NCBI GenBank assembly: GCA_963701965.1
Contig: OY969695.1
Coordinates: forward strand, 2,720,001 to 2,784,000
Length of the DNA stretch: 64,000 nucleotides
From: an uncultured Gemmatimonadales bacterium
GTDB taxonomy: Bacteria; Gemmatimonadota; Gemmatimonadetes; Gemmatimonadales; Gemmatimonadaceae
Reading direction: 5' to 3'
Under the pieces are notes generated by a model. It searched no databases, was not told the DNA's origin, and saw only the letters and a list, made by a program, of their open reading frames with translations. The position numbers and the translations under genes were made by a program. Position 1 is the stretch's first letter; each line of letters starts with the position of its first letter. Below, piece by piece: positions 60,752-64,000 of this stretch.

Positions 60752-61456
60752 CTACTGGCGGTCGAGCGTATCCTGTAAGAACGCGAGTGTGCGCCGCCAG
60801 GCGTCAGGCGTCGCCTCGGCCTGGCGCGGCGTGCCGAAGTAACGGAAAAATGCGTGATCTTCCCCGGAATACACAGTCAGCGAGAACCCTTTGTCCTGGT
60901 CGACCAGCGTGTCCCGAATGCGCTCAATGTCCGCGTTGGGGATGCCCTTGTCCTTCGCGCCAAAGACCAGATAGAGTGGCGCCTGGATGAGCGGCGCGTA
61001 GTCCAGCATCGGCACGCGGTCGGGGCCGGCGGACTTGGCCGTCTGGGCGCCGTAGAATGAGACCGCCGCCGCGATCCCGGGAACGGTCGCCGAGAGAAAC
61101 GCCAACGAGCCGCCCCAGCAAAATCCCCACGTCGCGATGACGCCGGTGGCGTCGGGGCGGGCGCGGATGGCGGCGATCAGCGCGGTGAGATCCGCCCGGG
61201 AGTCGTCGTGCGTGATGATCGCGCGCGCCGCCAGGCCTCGTTGCATGCCCTCGGCGTCGTATCCCGACAGAAACTCCGGATCCGTCCGATAGAACAGCGC
61301 CGGCACCACCGTGAGGTACCCCTCGGCGGCCAGGAGATCGGCAATGTGTCGGAGCTCGGCGGTGACGCCGAAGATCTCGTGGAGCAGGATGATCGCGGGG
61401 TGCCGGCCGCCGCCTGGTGGAACGGCGACGTAGGCCGGCATGGCCCCGATCATCAT
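60752..61456 (-). CDS. Dienelactone hydrolase family protein
   Basis: HEIFG, GFCWGG, DHAF. Confidence 0.92.
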   Translation of the reverse strand: MMIGAMPAYVAVPPGGGRHPAIILLHEIFGVTAELRHIADLLAAEGYLTVVPALFYRTDPEFLSGYDAEGMQRGLAARAIITHDDSRADLTALIAAIRARPDATGVIATWGFCWGGSLAFLSATVPGIAAAVSFYGAQTAKSAGPDRVPMLDYAPLIQAPLYLVFGAKDKGIPNADIERIRDTLVDQDKGFSLTVYSGEDHAFFRYFGTPRQAEATPDAWRRTLAFLQDTLDRQ

Positions 61457-62886
61457 ACGGTCGCGTGCTTGCGCCGGCTCAGGAATTGGAAGAACTCGAC
61501 GCCTTCGCGCAGCCGGCGTTTCATCATGGTCGGGCTCTTCGCCATCTCCGCCGTCATCTCGGCGATCTTGCCAGCCCGGAAATAGAAGCGCTTGTAGAAC
61601 GTCTCCACGGAGTCGAAGATCTCCGTCTGGCCGAGGTGCTCGTAGGAGAGCGCCGCGGTCTGCATGCCGCGCTCGTCGACCAGATGCGTGTTCTCGTCGT
61701 CGGGCGGGAGCCAGCCGTTCTCTTTCGCTTGCTTGTAGAGAAACGTGCCCGGATACGGCGCCGCGATCGACACCTGGATCGTGTGCGGGTTGATCTCGCG
61801 CGCGTACTGGATCGTCTGCTGGATCGTCTCCCGGGTCTCCCCGGGCAAGCCCAGAATGAACGTCCCGTGGATGGTAATCCCCAGGTCGCGGCAGTCTTTC
61901 GTGAACTTCTTCGCAATGTCGATGCGGAGACCTTTCTTGATGTTATTCAGGATGTCCTGGTTCCCGGACTCGTAGCCCACGAGCAGCAGCCGGAGTCCGT
62001 TGTCGCGCATCACCTTGAGCGTGTCATACGGCACGTTCGCTTTCGCGTTGCACGACCACTCGAGCCCCAGTTTCCCCAGGCCGCGCGCGATCTCCTCGGT
62101 GCGCGGCCGGTCATCGGTGAACGTGTCATCGTCGAAAAAGACTTCTTTGACCTGCGGGAAGTACTTGGGGATCAACGCCATCTCTTCCAGCACGTGCCCC
62201 ACACTGCGCGTGCGGTAGCGATGCCCGCCCACAGTCTGGGGCCACAGGCAGAACGTGCACTTGGACCGGCAGCCCCGTCCCGTGTAGAGCGAGACGTACG
62301 GGTGCTTGAGATACCCAATGAAGTAGTCTTCGATCTTGAGGTCGCGCTTGTAGACTTCCGTGACGAACGGCAGCTGATCCATGTTCTCGAGGATCGCGCG
62401 GTCCGGCGTGCTGAGGGCCCGGCCGTTGTCGTCGCGGAACGTGACTCCATCGACAGACGCGAGCGGCCGCCCTTCGGCGATCTCCTTGATCGTGAAGTCG
62501 AACTCCTCGCGGGCGACGAAGTCGATGGCCTCCGAGGCCAGGAGCGACGCGTCCGGCTCGACCGCGACCTTGGCCCCGACGAATCCAATCATGAGGTGCG
62601 GATTCTCGCGCTTGAGCGCCTCGGCGACTTTGACATCGCCGGGGAACGACGGCGAGCTGGTGTGGAGCACGGCCAGGTCGAAGTCGCGCGCCATGGGAAG
62701 CACTTGGGCCAGCGAGAGGCCGGCCGCCGGCGCGTCGACCAGCTTGCTGTTGGGGACCAGCGCCGCGGGTTGGGCGAGCCAGGTCGGGAACCAGAAGGAG
62801 CGCACTTCGCGCTTCGCCTGATAGCGTGAGCCGGCACCGCCGTCGAATCCCTCGTAGGAGGGAGGATGCAGAAAGAGCGTGCGCAT
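61453..62886 (-). CDS. hpnJ: Hopanoid-associated radical SAM protein HpnJ
   Basis: FDGGAGSRYQA, CRSKCTFC, WPQTVGGH; adjacent to hpnI. Confidence 0.92.
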   Translation of the reverse strand: MRTLFLHPPSYEGFDGGAGSRYQAKREVRSFWFPTWLAQPAALVPNSKLVDAPAAGLSLAQVLPMARDFDLAVLHTSSPSFPGDVKVAEALKRENPHLMIGFVGAKVAVEPDASLLASEAIDFVAREEFDFTIKEIAEGRPLASVDGVTFRDDNGRALSTPDRAILENMDQLPFVTEVYKRDLKIEDYFIGYLKHPYVSLYTGRGCRSKCTFCLWPQTVGGHRYRTRSVGHVLEEMALIPKYFPQVKEVFFDDDTFTDDRPRTEEIARGLGKLGLEWSCNAKANVPYDTLKVMRDNGLRLLLVGYESGNQDILNNIKKGLRIDIAKKFTKDCRDLGITIHGTFILGLPGETRETIQQTIQYAREINPHTIQVSIAAPYPGTFLYKQAKENGWLPPDDENTHLVDERGMQTAALSYEHLGQTEIFDSVETFYKRFYFRAGKIAEMTAEMAKSPTMMKRRLREGVEFFQFLSRRKHATV

Positions 62887-64000
62887 CAAGCGAAAATCCT
62901 CTCTTCGTTCGTCCGGAGGACCCCATCGGGTCGGACCCACAGCTCCGTACCGCGCCACGTCACCCGCCGGCTCGTATAGCTCGCGATCCACAGCGCGAAC
63001 GACATCAGATCACGCATCGGGACCATCCACACGAGATAGGGCATCCGGTACCCCGCGATGATCGCCGCGATATTGTCGCGGTCCCAGCGCGCGGGGCGCA
63101 GCACGACGTAATGTAGCGCGATCCGCAGGAGAATCGCGAGCGCCGGGAGGACCAGCGTCCATGGCTTCGACCCATTGACCAGCGCGGCCAGTAGTGTCAG
63201 CGGCACCACGTAGGTCAAAAACGAGAGCGCGTGGCCCACCGGGGTCACCGTCCGGATCGTGCGCATCCAGCGCAGCTCGTGGTGGATCAACGTGAGCAGC
63301 GTCGGTTCGTGGGCCGTGGCCGCGACCTCGTACTGCGCGACCACGCAGCGGAGACCCAAGCGCCGGACGCGCGCGCCCAGCTCATAGTCGTCGGCAAGGA
63401 GCGGCGCCAGTGCGGGGAATCCACCGGCCGCTTCGAGCAGGTCGCGCCGGAGGGCCATGGTCGTGCCCGAGCAATACGCGTTCGAGCCCAGCGCCTGGCT
63501 GACCAGCACGGACGGGATGAACCACTCGTCGATCGCCAGGGCGCCCAGCTGTGACCAGAGACCTTCGGTCGGCCGGCCGCGATAGCTGCACGTGACGATG
63601 CCCACCGTCGGATCCGCCAACGGCGCCACGACGCGCTGTAGATACGATGGGCCCACCCGAACGTCGCTGTCCGCGATCACGATCGTGTCGTGCGTCGCCA
63701 GCGACATGAGGTGCGTCAGGATGTTGACTTTGCGATTCTCGCCGAGCGCGTGGGCGCCCGCCACGACCCGAATGTGCTGATGCGGGTAGTCGGCGGCGAC
63801 CCGCCGGGCCAGCGCCAGCGCGGGGTCGTCGCTGTCGCGCGCGCCGAACAGCAGCTCGACGGTCGGATAGTCCTGCGCGCAAAATGAGCGCAGGTTCGCC
63901 TCGAGGCCGGGCTCGAGCCCGCACAGCGGTTTGAGAACCGTGACTGGAACGGACGCAGCCGTCGAGGTCGCCGCCGTCTTCCGTCGCCAGGTCAACGTCG
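62886..64000 (-). CDS. hpnI: Bacteriohopanetetrol glucosamine glycosyltransferase HpnI (5' end outside window)
   Basis: VTVLKPLCG, NRKV, ADSD, LADDY, ELRWMRT. Confidence 0.88.
   Translation of the reverse strand, partial: TLTWRRKTAATSTAASVPVTVLKPLCGLEPGLEANLRSFCAQDYPTVELLFGARDSDDPALALARRVAADYPHQHIRVVAGAHALGENRKVNILTHLMSLATHDTIVIADSDVRVGPSYLQRVVAPLADPTVGIVTCSYRGRPTEGLWSQLGALAIDEWFIPSVLVSQALGSNAYCSGTTMALRRDLLEAAGGFPALAPLLADDYELGARVRRLGLRCVVAQYEVAATAHEPTLLTLIHHELRWMRTIRTVTPVGHALSFLTYVVPLTLLAALVNGSKPWTLVLPALAILLRIALHYVVLRPARWDRDNIAAIIAGYRMPYLVWMVPMRDLMSFALWIASYTSRRVTWRGTELWVRPDGVLRTNEERIFA

Overview
GC-rich chromosomal window, plausibly from a Gemmatimonadota-like bacterium (inferred from gene content, not verified). 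From left to right: the 5' end of a DAHP synthase gene with an unannotated Tyr/Phe/Trp-rich leader peptide and attenuator; Ku head-to-head with a truncated DnaA paralogue that lacks the arginine finger and is flanked by DnaA-box clusters; a broken brnT with intact brnA; a divergent ada-alkA/ogt pair, each carrying an in-frame copy of the same 63-bp palindromic element; an ECF sigma operon with glycogen-binding (CBM48-like) domains; a ~14 kb minus-strand run (HAD-transaldolase fusion, DUF2090 aldolase, tripartite RbbA-type exporter, phosphoketolase, acetate kinase, ROK kinase); a LytS/LytTR pair; a Fic gene; tRNA-Phe with a 1.3 kb vapBC islet closed by a degenerate att copy; peptidases, a GH2, ggt and arginase; and hopanoid genes hpnJ/hpnI. 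Five genes carry the same +1 frameshift, which points to sequencing or assembly error. No CRISPR array, rRNA, transposase or integrase was seen. Family calls come from motif recognition by eye; no searches were run.
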